Shown piece by piece: positions 55,495-64,000 of a DNA stretch of 64,000 nucleotides (position 1 is the first letter of the stretch; each line of letters begins with the position of its first letter). The DNA comes from Escherichia coli (lineage in GTDB: Bacteria; Pseudomonadota; Gammaproteobacteria; Enterobacterales; Enterobacteriaceae). The translations under genes and the position numbers were made by a program. The stretch is from NCBI RefSeq assembly GCF_045037415.1, contig NZ_CP173438.1. The stretch is one strand, 5' to 3'. The notes under the pieces were generated by a model that was not told where the DNA came from, did no database searches, and saw only the letters and a program-made list of their open reading frames with translations.

Positions 55495-58401
55495 CTATGC
55501 CTGTTCAACGTTATACCAGTTACCAGAAATGTATTTTTGTAGTGGTCGTGACACCATCCAGTCATCTCCATCAACCTCACCAATAATTTGCAATCCTGTT
55601 GTCACATGACCATTACCTGGTTCGCAAAGTCCTCCGCGATATAATGTGTCAGAACGTCTGCCTCCCAGACGCACATTTCTGATAAAAGAACTATTCAGGT
55701 AATCATTTAAGTTTGACCCCCAGCACCCACCAAATATATTTCCATCGGTGTTATAACGGACGCCACCCGCAATAAGAGCACCCGGTGAAATAAAGGATTT
55801 ATCGTTCGGGTTAAACTGCCATAAAGCATCATTACCGCCATCGCCACGCATATGAATACATGGAACCGGAAATCCATACTGTTCTGTCAGTAAATACCCA
55901 AAGCTGACCGCGCCGGGATAGCCCTGTCCATTGCGAATGGACAAGCCCTTAACTATCGGCACGTAAAGACCACCAGGAGTGGGATTCCAGGCAAACTGCG
56001 TCTGAACAAAAGGCGCGGTGGCATTATTCAACTGGTCTGCAAATGCGCCACTTCCATCAGGAATTATTCCCTGATGAATATATGCAACCCGCTTATAAAA
56101 ATCAGCAGATGCGGGTTGAAGCCCAAATGCCAGTTGTCCATTTGAATAGAATAAAAGGACACCGTCGCCGCCCTGTTTAATACCAGTGTCGTTATCTCCG
56201 AGAGTAATGGAATTACCGCCCAGTGCGTTATCTGTACCAAGCGCCAGCCCACCATCAATTTTGGCCCCGTGGCTGACAGATATAGCACCTGTTCTCAGAT
56301 TTATAGCGAATGGCCTTAATGGGCCGATATCACCGTTTTCGCCTTGTCCTTCAGCCGTCGGAATGAAATGAAGAAAATCTTCTGAACGACGGAAAATAAG
56401 ACCGAAGGCATCATTGAAAATTCGCAGCGCATTCACCGTGCCAATTTTCAGTTCTCCGGTCATTTTATCGCCGGAACGCTGAACGGCGTTACCAGCCTTG
56501 TTTACCGTTTCCTGTAAACCGAGGTATTCGATAACGGCGGCAACGGTCGATTTCGCAAGAATATCCCGCCCAACTTTTGTCAGGGTTGCCAGACTGGCAA
56601 CATCATTCCCCGTAAAATACGGAAACCTGTCTGCCGCAGTAGCAAGCCCGGCCAGCGCCGTCAGGGTGGCATCTTTCGGTTGCTTACCCGCAAGCGCGCT
56701 AGTCATGGTGGTCGCAAAATTCGGGTCGTTGCCCAACGCCGCAGCCAGCTCGTTCAGCGTATTCAGTGCGTCAGGCGACGAGTCCACGAGGGCAGCGATC
56801 GCAGCCATAACATAAGCCGTGCTTGCGATTTGGGTATTATTCGTTCCCTGTCGCGCAGTTGGTGTTGTTGGCGTTCCGGTCAGTGCAGGACTATTTAAGG
56901 GCGCTTTCTTGTTCGTTTCACCCATTACCGCCTTAACCGCTTTTGGCGTTGCCGCCAGTGACTCGGAAGTGCTGTTGGTCGCACTGCTGAGCTGTACTAT
57001 CCCCTTTTTCGTCGTGCTCGCATCCTCAAGCGCCACGGCGGATGCAATATCCTCTGCCCGTTTTGCCGCTGTCTCGGCGCGCGTTGCCGCGGATTCCGCC
57101 GTACTTTTGCTCTGAGCTGCCGCCGTCGCACTGCCAGCTGCCTCTGTCGCCTTCGTGGATGCCGTCGTGGCGCTGCCCTTTGCTGCTGACGCCTGTCTGG
57201 TCGCCTCATCTTTTGAAGCAGACGCAGATGATGCCGATGACGCCGCTGAACTGGCTGACGATGCGGCTGCCGCCTTAGAGGAAGCAGCATTGTCTGCTGA
57301 AGTCTTTGCATTTGTTTCAGAGGTTTTTGCTGCAGAAGCAGACCTCGCTGCTGCAGTGGCTTGCTCAGTGGCTTTGCCAGCCTTCGTTGTGGCTGTTGAA
57401 GCGGATGATGCGGCGCTTTCTGCCGATTTTCCGGCGGCGGTGGCACTGGCTGAGGCCTGCCCGGCACTTGTTGACGCGGCACTGGCAGATAATGCAGCCG
57501 CTGTTTTTGAACCTGCCGCAGCTGAGGCGCTCTGTCCCGCTGCTGTTTCAGAAGACTTAGCGTTCGTCTCGGACGTTTTTGCCGCCTTCGCGGAATTTCC
57601 TGCCGCCGTTGCCGAGGAAGCTGCACTACTGGCACTTGATGATGCATTCGTTTCTGAAGATTTCGCTGCCTCTTTTGAGGCCGCCGCACCCCGTGCCGAG
57701 GTGGCAGCTTCTGACGCCTTCGTGGTCGCTGTGGATGCAGAAGTGGCTGCCGATTTTTGTGATGCTGCGGCATTCGTTTCTGACGTTTTCGCGGCACTGG
57801 CGCTGGTAGCTGCCGCGCTTTTTGATGACTCTGCAGCAGCAGCACTTTTTGCTGCTTCACGGGCCTTTGTCGATGCCGTTCCTGCGCTGGAAGACGCTGA
57901 CTGAGCCGACGACGCGGCCTGTCCGGCTGACGTGCTGGCGGCACGTGATGAGGCTGCAGCATCGGTTGCATGAGTTGCCGCCTCGCTGGCTGATGCACTG
58001 GCATCGCTGGCTGATTTTTTCGCGGCTGCCGTATTCTGTGCAACCGCGGAGGCGTTACGTGACACCTCTTCTACCATCTGCTCAAAGCGGCGCAGTGCCT
58101 CCGGTCGTACATCATCCTCCGTCATGGCACCGAGAAAATCATTCAGCGTACCTGGTCTGGAACCTTCATAGACGGTAATGGTCCCGGCATGTGAAGGCGG
58201 AAAACCTTCAACCAGCAGGGTGACGCTGTACTGACCATGCTCAACATCCATGCTGTAACGTCCGGCTTCATCCGGATTTTCAGAGGCCACCGTGTTCACC
58301 ACCACCGTGCTGCTGGTTCGTCTGGCCTTCAGCACAATGGTGCAGTTCTGTACTGGTTTTCCTGTGCCATCTTTAAGCACGCCAGAAATTTTTACTGTCA
58401 T
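55495..58401 (-). CDS. stf: Side tail fibre protein Stf (968 aa): lambda-like constant N-terminal part fused at the crossover site to variable C-terminal cassette A
   Basis: N-terminus MTVKISGVLKDGTGKPVQNCTIVLKARR... recognised as lambda Stf-like; long Ala/Ser/Thr-rich repeat region; crossover site encodes IEYLGLQET. Confidence 0.9.
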   Translation of the reverse strand: MTVKISGVLKDGTGKPVQNCTIVLKARRTSSTVVVNTVASENPDEAGRYSMDVEHGQYSVTLLVEGFPPSHAGTITVYEGSRPGTLNDFLGAMTEDDVRPEALRRFEQMVEEVSRNASAVAQNTAAAKKSASDASASASEAATHATDAAASSRAASTSAGQAASSAQSASSSAGTASTKAREAAKSAAAAESSKSAAATSASAAKTSETNAAASQKSAATSASTATTKASEAATSARGAAASKEAAKSSETNASSSASSAASSATAAGNSAKAAKTSETNAKSSETAAGQSASAAAGSKTAAALSASAASTSAGQASASATAAGKSAESAASSASTATTKAGKATEQATAAARSASAAKTSETNAKTSADNAASSKAAAASSASSAASSASSASASKDEATRQASAAKGSATTASTKATEAAGSATAAAQSKSTAESAATRAETAAKRAEDIASAVALEDASTTKKGIVQLSSATNSTSESLAATPKAVKAVMGETNKKAPLNSPALTGTPTTPTARQGTNNTQIASTAYVMAAIAALVDSSPDALNTLNELAAALGNDPNFATTMTSALAGKQPKDATLTALAGLATAADRFPYFTGNDVASLATLTKVGRDILAKSTVAAVIEYLGLQETVNKAGNAVQRSGDKMTGELKIGTVNALRIFNDAFGLIFRRSEDFLHFIPTAEGQGENGDIGPLRPFAINLRTGAISVSHGAKIDGGLALGTDNALGGNSITLGDNDTGIKQGGDGVLLFYSNGQLAFGLQPASADFYKRVAYIHQGIIPDGSGAFADQLNNATAPFVQTQFAWNPTPGGLYVPIVKGLSIRNGQGYPGAVSFGYLLTEQYGFPVPCIHMRGDGGNDALWQFNPNDKSFISPGALIAGGVRYNTDGNIFGGCWGSNLNDYLNSSFIRNVRLGGRRSDTLYRGGLCEPGNGHVTTGLQIIGEVDGDDWMVSRPLQKYISGNWYNVEQA
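56509..56534. repeat. Invertase crossover site inside stf (TTCCTGTAAACCGAGGTATTCGATAA)
   Basis: Reverse complement matches the site at 53428-53453 at 22 of 26 positions; Gin/Pin consensus. Confidence 0.85.
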
Positions 58402-58553
58402 ACTTTTCCACCAATAAAAAAAGCCCGCAGCAGTGACGCCACGGGCTTCAGGACAGTGTAACTTTACGTTTCCTCAAACGCAGTTCACCCCATAAGGTGG
58501 ATGAACCTGCGTATCATAACAATATTTACAGAAGATAAATCGGCGTCTGTTGT

Positions 58554-58775
58554 CAGAAACGGTATCCGATACCAACAATAAATGCATCCGTTCGCCAGTC
58601 GCCACTACCGGAACCTTCATAAGCAAGGTCAATGGTCACGGATTCGGTCGGGTTAAACTGCACGCCAGCCCCCCACGCCAGAGACGTGTTGCTGTGGCGA
58701 CCGTCATCACTTCCGGTCAGCACATCGTGCGTTTTCCCCTTGTTGTCAGTTACGCGGAGATAATCCCCGGAGAAA
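58554..58775 (-). pseudogene. lom: lom 3' fragment (Lom/Ail/OmpX-family outer membrane protein, C-terminal part SGDYLRVTDNKGKTHD...GYRF)
   Basis: Translation recognised as the lambda Lom C-terminus; separated from its N-terminal part by the IS element. Confidence 0.85.
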
Positions 58776-58862
58776 GTTGCGTATTACCGTGAAGGAGATC
58801 GGTGAGTAACATCGATGGAGATCGGTTCGTGTCACTTTCACAGAACCGTTTTTAAATTACCT

Positions 58863-59612
58863 TCACTGATCTCCTTCGGTCAACGGAGATTGTATTTTCC
58901 GCATTGATTCTCCTTTAAGTTCGATCTTGATACTGCCATGAACCAGTCGATCTAGGATGGCATCCGCATGTGTGGAGTCTCCGATCATTTTGTACCAGTT
59001 TTCCACCGGCAACTGGCTCACTACGATGATTGAGCCTCGTTGGTACATCAGATCCACTATTTCCAGCAGGTCGCTACGCTGTTCTGATGAGAGAGGTTCC
59101 AGCCCCCAGTCATCCAGAAGCAGCAGATCGCTATTATTCAGCCTGGTCAAAAGTTTGCTGTATCTTCCATCAGCATGCCCCTGATAGCACTGTTCCATCA
59201 GCGCTTTAAGGCGATAATAGTAGACCTTGTATCCCTGTCGGCAGGCATTATGACCAAGTGCACATGCCAGGAACGTTTTACCGCTGCCGGTGGCCCCGGT
59301 CAGTAAAATATTTTGTTTCAGGGTTAACCAGTTTCCCTGACTGAGTGAACGGATGAGGGCCCTGTCCAGCCCTCTATTGTTACGATAATCCAGCTTTGAT
59401 AACTCAGCATTAAGTCTGAACCGTGCATGTTTGATCAGACGCTCTGCCTTCCTGTTTTCACGGCAGGTTAGTTCTTCTGCTGTCAGTAATGACAGGCGTT
59501 CTTCGAAGCCCAGCTCCTGGTATGTGCCCGGTTGAGCAAGTTGCTTTTTAAGCGCATCACGGAAGCCGGTGAGTTTAAGTGCGGTCAGTTGTTCGTAAAG
59601 ATGATTCATCAT
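58863..59612 (-). CDS. istB: IS21-family helper protein IstB (AAA+ ATPase)
   Basis: Walker A GATGSGKTF, Walker B LLLDDWG; 249 aa. Confidence 0.85.
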   Translation of the reverse strand: MMNHLYEQLTALKLTGFRDALKKQLAQPGTYQELGFEERLSLLTAEELTCRENRKAERLIKHARFRLNAELSKLDYRNNRGLDRALIRSLSQGNWLTLKQNILLTGATGSGKTFLACALGHNACRQGYKVYYYRLKALMEQCYQGHADGRYSKLLTRLNNSDLLLLDDWGLEPLSSEQRSDLLEIVDLMYQRGSIIVVSQLPVENWYKMIGDSTHADAILDRLVHGSIKIELKGESMRKIQSPLTEGDQ

Positions 59613-59623
59613 TGGATCCCGTA

Positions 59624-61165
59624 TCAGTGGTAATACTCACTGCCGCGTACGTTTTCGTGTTCCATCGTGGATAACAGATCTGGTTTTGGATCCTGAACAG
59701 GTTGTTTATCCAGACCTTTTTCCAGGATCGATTTAATACCTGACAGACGCCATACCTTTGTTTTCAGAGCTCTTGCACATGCTGCATTAAGTCTGGCTTT
59801 ACTGTATTTTTTATGAAGGTTCAGGAGTCCAAGGCAGAAGCGATAGCTTTGTTCCGGATGTGGACGAGAGTTCAGTATATGAAGCACATAACTATGAGTT
59901 TCACTGCCTATGTGCCCCGCCCATTCCAGAAGACGCTCTGGCGTCCAGGTGGCATGCTGTCGATGAGCTTCAGGCATGTGCTCGTTGCGGGTACTGTAGC
60001 CATAAGTACGCTTGCGCGGGTGCACAGCAACCTCCTGCCCCTGATTGAAGAGTCTTACCAGTTCTCCGGAGATCCATGCTTCCAGTTGCTGGCCTAACAG
60101 CGAACATGGAACCGAGTAGTAATGTTTGTCGATTTCCACGTGGTAATCGGCATGAACTCTGACTTTCTTCACCAGGGTGTAACTGTAACTGGCTTCAGGA
60201 AGAGGCTTCAGTGCGGGTTTATCAAGCTGGATGAAGAGTTCTGCACGTGAATAACCCAACTTCTGCATTATTTTGTTATTCAGTCTTTCCAGCAACTCCC
60301 GAATGCGCTGATTAAGCGATGCAAGGCTGTAGAAGATCTCATGCCTGATTCGGGCCATGATCCAGCGTTCAACAACCTGAACGCCAACTTCAGCTTTGGC
60401 TTTATCTTTCGGTTTACGTGGCCGCGCAGGCAAAACTGCGACATTATAATGCTCAAGCATCTGCTGGTAGGTAGGGTTAACGTCAGGATCATACTTACAT
60501 GCCCTGGATGTGGCGCTTTTCAGATTGTCCGGAACAACAAGTTCAGGAACGCCACCCAACCACTGGAAGCAGCGAACATGACTCATCACCCAGTCTTCAA
60601 GCTGCTGAGACCAGGTGGCCTCTGCCCATGTGTAACTTGATGCCCCGAGAACAGCTACGATGACCTGAGCAGTTCTTATTTCTCCGGTCTCAGGGTCGGT
60701 AACGCCAACGGTAGGTCCACAGTAATCAACGAAAAGTTTTTCGCCAGCTTTATGTACCTGACGCATTGATGGTGAAGTGGTTTTGAGCCATTCACGGTAC
60801 ATCCGGCAGTAATGGTTATAGCTGTAAAAACCGCCTGGATTACGCTCACAGTATTCTTCCCAGAGTAGCTGCAGCGTCACGCATTTATTACGCAGTTCCC
60901 GGTGTACTGTAGCCCAGTCAGGCAGAGAGTGCTTCTTCATCTTAACCTGGGTCTGAAGGAACGCATGTTTTAGTTTTGTATCATCCCATCCTGTAGGTAA
61001 GGGCCACTGCTTTATGCCAAGTTGAGCCGCCCGATTAGCATATCTGGATACAACGGAAGGGGAGATTGCAAGACTACGACCAATTTGTCGATGGCTGAGT
61101 CCAACACCGTATTTAAGCCTAAGAATTTCTTTAAGTTTTCTCATAGAAATTGGAACTGTTGGCAT
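59624..61165 (-). CDS. istA: IS21-family transposase IstA
   Basis: N-terminal helix-turn-helix and DDE-type integrase core upstream of istB; the 513-aa ORF is longer than typical IstA, so the true start may be internal. Confidence 0.75.
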   Translation of the reverse strand: MPTVPISMRKLKEILRLKYGVGLSHRQIGRSLAISPSVVSRYANRAAQLGIKQWPLPTGWDDTKLKHAFLQTQVKMKKHSLPDWATVHRELRNKCVTLQLLWEEYCERNPGGFYSYNHYCRMYREWLKTTSPSMRQVHKAGEKLFVDYCGPTVGVTDPETGEIRTAQVIVAVLGASSYTWAEATWSQQLEDWVMSHVRCFQWLGGVPELVVPDNLKSATSRACKYDPDVNPTYQQMLEHYNVAVLPARPRKPKDKAKAEVGVQVVERWIMARIRHEIFYSLASLNQRIRELLERLNNKIMQKLGYSRAELFIQLDKPALKPLPEASYSYTLVKKVRVHADYHVEIDKHYYSVPCSLLGQQLEAWISGELVRLFNQGQEVAVHPRKRTYGYSTRNEHMPEAHRQHATWTPERLLEWAGHIGSETHSYVLHILNSRPHPEQSYRFCLGLLNLHKKYSKARLNAACARALKTKVWRLSGIKSILEKGLDKQPVQDPKPDLLSTMEHENVRGSEYYH

Positions 61166-61357
61166 AGGTATCCTTTACCGGAATGGCAAAAGATACAGAT
61201 CAACACACCTGTGAAGTTCCAATAACATTGATGGAGATCACTGAATAACAAAATGAGTCAAAAGTGATCTCCATCGATGTTATTCAGCGATCTGTTCAAA
61301 TGTTATTACCCGATCTCGATGGAAGTTATTGAGTGATCTCCTTTCATGAAAATACGC

Positions 61358-61738
61358 AAAAGTCGACACACGGCTGTAAGCCACACCCGCCATCGCATAC
61401 GCGCTGAACCATTCATTCACGCGTACAGACGGCCCCGCCATCACGCTGAACCAGCGGTTACGCACGGAATCTTCATGCCAGCGGGTATCGCTGTAGCGCG
61501 TTTTTTGCTCATCCTCAGCATTGGCATAACTGAAGGACGTAATCAGCCCCAGCGCGTCCGTAAACTCATAACGGTATTTCACGTTAATCCCGTTCAGATC
61601 ATCACTACCGGGAACGTTCGTCGAGGCATGGAGATACCCCGCGCTCAGCGTGGACTGATGTTCTGCTGCACTCGCTGGCGTAGCAGCGGCGACCTGCCAG
61701 ACTACTGCGGACAAAATAACAGCACATAATTTACGCAT
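61358..61738 (-). pseudogene. lom: lom 5' fragment (signal peptide and first beta-strands, MRKLCAVILSAVV...AYSRVSTF)
   Basis: Recognised as the lambda Lom N-terminus; the ORF track extends it into the IS end (61280..61738). Confidence 0.85.
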
Positions 61739-61765
61739 AATTACCTCTCGCTTTTCTGCAATAAA

Positions 61766-61790
61766 AAAGGCGCCATTTCTGGCGCCCGTA
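61766..61790 (-). terminator. Hairpin with T-tract downstream of J
   Basis: ggcgcca-tttc-tggcgcc followed by TTTTTTATT on the minus strand. Confidence 0.5.
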
Positions 61791-61805
61791 TCTGGGTTAT
61801 AAAAT

Positions 61806-64000
61806 TCAGCTAATCGTGATGCCTGCAGTGGCTTTCTTCATCACCACAACCAGCAAATCGCTGATACTTGCTGTGGGATACCAGTTATTTACCAGCCATG
61901 CTGACACCGAAAACTCCAGTGTCATGTGACCGTGACCGGCAGGCATATCAATAACACCACTGTAAATCAGCGTATTATCCAGCGCGGTACGGTTATAAAT
62001 TTCAGCACCGTTTTTCCGCACTATCAGACGGCATGAGGAGTAAATATCAGTATGCTCTTTCTCATGTTTAGCGCCGCTGAATGCCACCGCCGGAATAACA
62101 ATCTGCCGGTCAAACGGCTGATCGTCATAAACCCTGACGGTAATGGTTCCTGATGGCCACCGCTCCGGTGCACGGGAGTCCCGGGGGAAAGCTTTGCCCA
62201 CTGTTTTAACGAGATCGCCTTCAATCTGGTTCGCGGACAATTTTCCCAGAACCCGACAGTTCTCGTTAATCGTGACGTTGTTGAGCGTCCCGGAGTTCGC
62301 ATTCACGTTACCGCTGATATCGGCATTTTTCGCCGTCAGCCGCCCGTCCGGTGTCAGGGAAAATGCCGGAGGATTACCGCCGCTGGTAATGGTGGGAGCC
62401 GTCAGATATTTCAGGAACACTTCATTCATAAATATCTGATCGCCCTGACCAACAAACATCGGCTTTGTGTTGCCATTCGCAGGATTAATCATCGCAATCC
62501 TGTCTGCCGCCAGCAGCACCTGACTCTGCATTCCTGCTGGCGTATTCTCAATACCGGCACCGATACCCGCAATATAAAGGCGTCCGTCCTGCATCTGCTG
62601 CAGTTTCACGGCCCACATGCTGTTCAGGTTATTATTTGTATCAACCTGAACTTTCTGTATCTGCTGGATTGCCGCACTCTGATTTTCCAGTTTTTTATTG
62701 ACGGTCTGCGTGATTTCATTGCTGACATTCGTAATGGACGTCCTGATTTCAGCCAGGTCCGGCGCAAGCTGACCGTTATCAATCTGCGTCCACAGCTCCT
62801 GGGCCAGATGTGTTTTCCCGATTTCTCCTTTGAAAAAATCCAGGTAACCTTCCGCATCATCGCTCGCCCGACCGACAGCCTCCACGAATGCCGATTTGCC
62901 AACAGTATTCACACTGCGGATATAAAAATAATAATCATGGCCCGGTTTGATATTGATACTGGCAGCTATCCAGTACAGCGCCGAGCCAAGATAGCGGGCT
63001 GCGGTTTCAACCTGCCTGATATCCGCAATCCGCTTTTCCGAGAACCAGAACTCAAACTGTACCGTCGGGTCATAAACGGCAAGATGTGGCGTTGCGGTTA
63101 TCTGAAAATAGCCCGGCGTCAGCTCAATCCGCGACGGTGCTGCCGGTGCGGCAATCCGGAAGGTGGTGGTGGCAGGTTCACCCTGCTGGCCATAGCTGTT
63201 TATCGCCCGCACCGTCAGGGTGTATTCCCCGAGCGGCAGGCCGCTGAAACGGTGCTCCGTGTCTGCGGTGATGGCGGTGGTCACCAGTCTGGCATCCGTT
63301 CCCTTACCACTGGTCAGGCGCAGACTGAAGCGCACACCCTTCACCACCCGCGGCGTGTCCCATTTCGCCTGCGCCAGATACTGGCCGTCAGCTGCGCTCA
63401 CCTCCACCGTCAGGTGCTGCACTGCCGGTGGGATGACGCTGTTCAGGGAACCTGACTGCGGCTCAAAGCGGGCACCGTTATCCACGATGGCTTCTTTTTC
63501 CGGTACGTGCTGCACCGCCGTGATGGCAAAGGTGCCGTCCGTGTTTTCCCGGATGGAGACACAGCGGAACAGGCGACGGCGCAGTGACGGCAGGGAGAGT
63601 CCCCACACCCCGTATGTCTCCACACCATCAGGCAGGGTACTGACCTGTATCCGGTCCGGCGCGGGGTGTGCGGTGATGTCCACACTCACCGGCTTACCGC
63701 TGCCGTTAATCAGGTTCACCGCCGATGTACCTGTCTCCGGCAGGGTAACCTCACGGTCCAGCGTCAGGGTGCGGGTGGCAGCATCAATGGACAGGACACG
63801 TCCGCCGGTCAGGGTCCCGGCATAGTCATTATCACAGATTTCAATAATGTCACCGGGTGTGTGCCGCAGCCCCTGAACCCGAGCGTGAAATCCACCGTCT
63901 GCGTTTCCAGCAGTTCGGTCTTTATCACCCACAGTCCGGCACGGTGGGCCTGACCGCGGCTGGTACAGCCGAACGCGTCCATCTTCAGCAGGTTGCGTCC
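61806..64000 (-). CDS. J: Tail tip host-specificity protein J, 3' portion (gene continues beyond the window end)
   Basis: Long ORF upstream of lom in lambda gene order, resembling the central and C-terminal regions of lambda J; frame still open at the window edge. Confidence 0.8.
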   Translation of the reverse strand, partial: TQPAEDGRVRLYQPRSGPPCRTVGDKDRTAGNADGGFHARVQGLRHTPGDIIEICDNDYAGTLTGGRVLSIDAATRTLTLDREVTLPETGTSAVNLINGSGKPVSVDITAHPAPDRIQVSTLPDGVETYGVWGLSLPSLRRRLFRCVSIRENTDGTFAITAVQHVPEKEAIVDNGARFEPQSGSLNSVIPPAVQHLTVEVSAADGQYLAQAKWDTPRVVKGVRFSLRLTSGKGTDARLVTTAITADTEHRFSGLPLGEYTLTVRAINSYGQQGEPATTTFRIAAPAAPSRIELTPGYFQITATPHLAVYDPTVQFEFWFSEKRIADIRQVETAARYLGSALYWIAASINIKPGHDYYFYIRSVNTVGKSAFVEAVGRASDDAEGYLDFFKGEIGKTHLAQELWTQIDNGQLAPDLAEIRTSITNVSNEITQTVNKKLENQSAAIQQIQKVQVDTNNNLNSMWAVKLQQMQDGRLYIAGIGAGIENTPAGMQSQVLLAADRIAMINPANGNTKPMFVGQGDQIFMNEVFLKYLTAPTITSGGNPPAFSLTPDGRLTAKNADISGNVNANSGTLNNVTINENCRVLGKLSANQIEGDLVKTVGKAFPRDSRAPERWPSGTITVRVYDDQPFDRQIVIPAVAFSGAKHEKEHTDIYSSCRLIVRKNGAEIYNRTALDNTLIYSGVIDMPAGHGHMTLEFSVSAWLVNNWYPTASISDLLVVVMKKATAGITIS

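Larger units (their letters stand above)
53428..56534. mobile_element. Pin-type invertible tail-fibre segment (about 3.1 kb) holding two alternative stf C-terminal cassettes with cognate tfa genes in opposite orientation
   Basis: Inverted 26-bp crossover sites at both ends; Mu G-segment-like layout (Sv-U / U'-Sv'); adjacent pin remnant. Confidence 0.8.
58776..61357 (-). mobile_element. IS21-family insertion sequence (about 2.58 kb, istA-istB) inserted in lom, with 5-bp target duplication AAAGT
   Basis: Terminal inverted repeats TGCGTATT...GAAGGAGATC at both ends; AAAGT at 58771-58775 and 61358-61362; lom reading frame is continuous across the junctions once the element is removed. Confidence 0.85.
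50570..64000. mobile_element. Right arm of a lambdoid prophage or prophage remnant (Rha, methyltransferase moron, pin pseudogene, invertible stf/tfa segment, lom::IS21-family, J 3' part), continuing beyond the window
   Basis: Lambda-like gene order J-lom-stf-tfa on the minus strand; AT-rich accessory region; abuts the truncated ompW. Confidence 0.85.

Noticed and set aside
56997-58043. 348-aa Arg/Pro/Gln-rich minus-strand ORF and 249-aa Ala-rich plus-strand ORF (57155-57904) within stf
   Set aside because: Alternative-frame and antisense readings of the Stf low-complexity repeat tract; extreme composition and no start signals.
61346-63825. Plus-strand ORFs (127, 215 and 201 aa) opposite lom and J
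   Set aside because: Antisense to recognisable lambda-like structural genes; Arg/Cys-rich translations typical of GC-rich antisense frames.

Overview
This window is Escherichia coli chromosome around the trp operon (K-12-like backbone, opposite orientation to the K-12 map), carrying three accessory insertions and the right arm of a lambdoid prophage. Backbone genes, in order: ymjA, sapABCDF, fabI, yciW, rnb, pdeR, yciZ-like, yciT, osmB, yciH, pyrF, lapB, lapA, pgpB, ribA, acnA, small peptides/yciX, cysB, topA, yciN, sohB, yciK, btuR, rluB, yciQ, yciO, trpH, trpL, trpEDCBA. Accessory content: (1) a five-gene efflux island between sapF and fabI (TetR regulator, AcrA-like adaptor, AcrB-like RND pump, NodT-type outer membrane lipoprotein, Bcr/CflA-type MFS pump); (2) an AT-rich two-gene islet of unknown function between btuR and rluB (340-aa lipoprotein plus 102-aa protein); (3) from about 50.57 kb to the window end, a degraded lambdoid prophage arm abutting the trp terminator at a truncated ompW 3' end. 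The prophage arm contains a Rha-family gene, an AT-rich SAM-methyltransferase moron flanked by diverged tfa 3'-end repeats, a truncated pin invertase pseudogene, a Pin/Gin-type invertible tail-fibre segment with both 26-bp crossover sites intact, Stf and Tfa, a lom gene split by an IS21-family element with a 5-bp target duplication, and the 3' part of J. No rRNA, tRNA or CRISPR array was seen. All identifications rest on reading the translations and motifs by eye; no database search was run.
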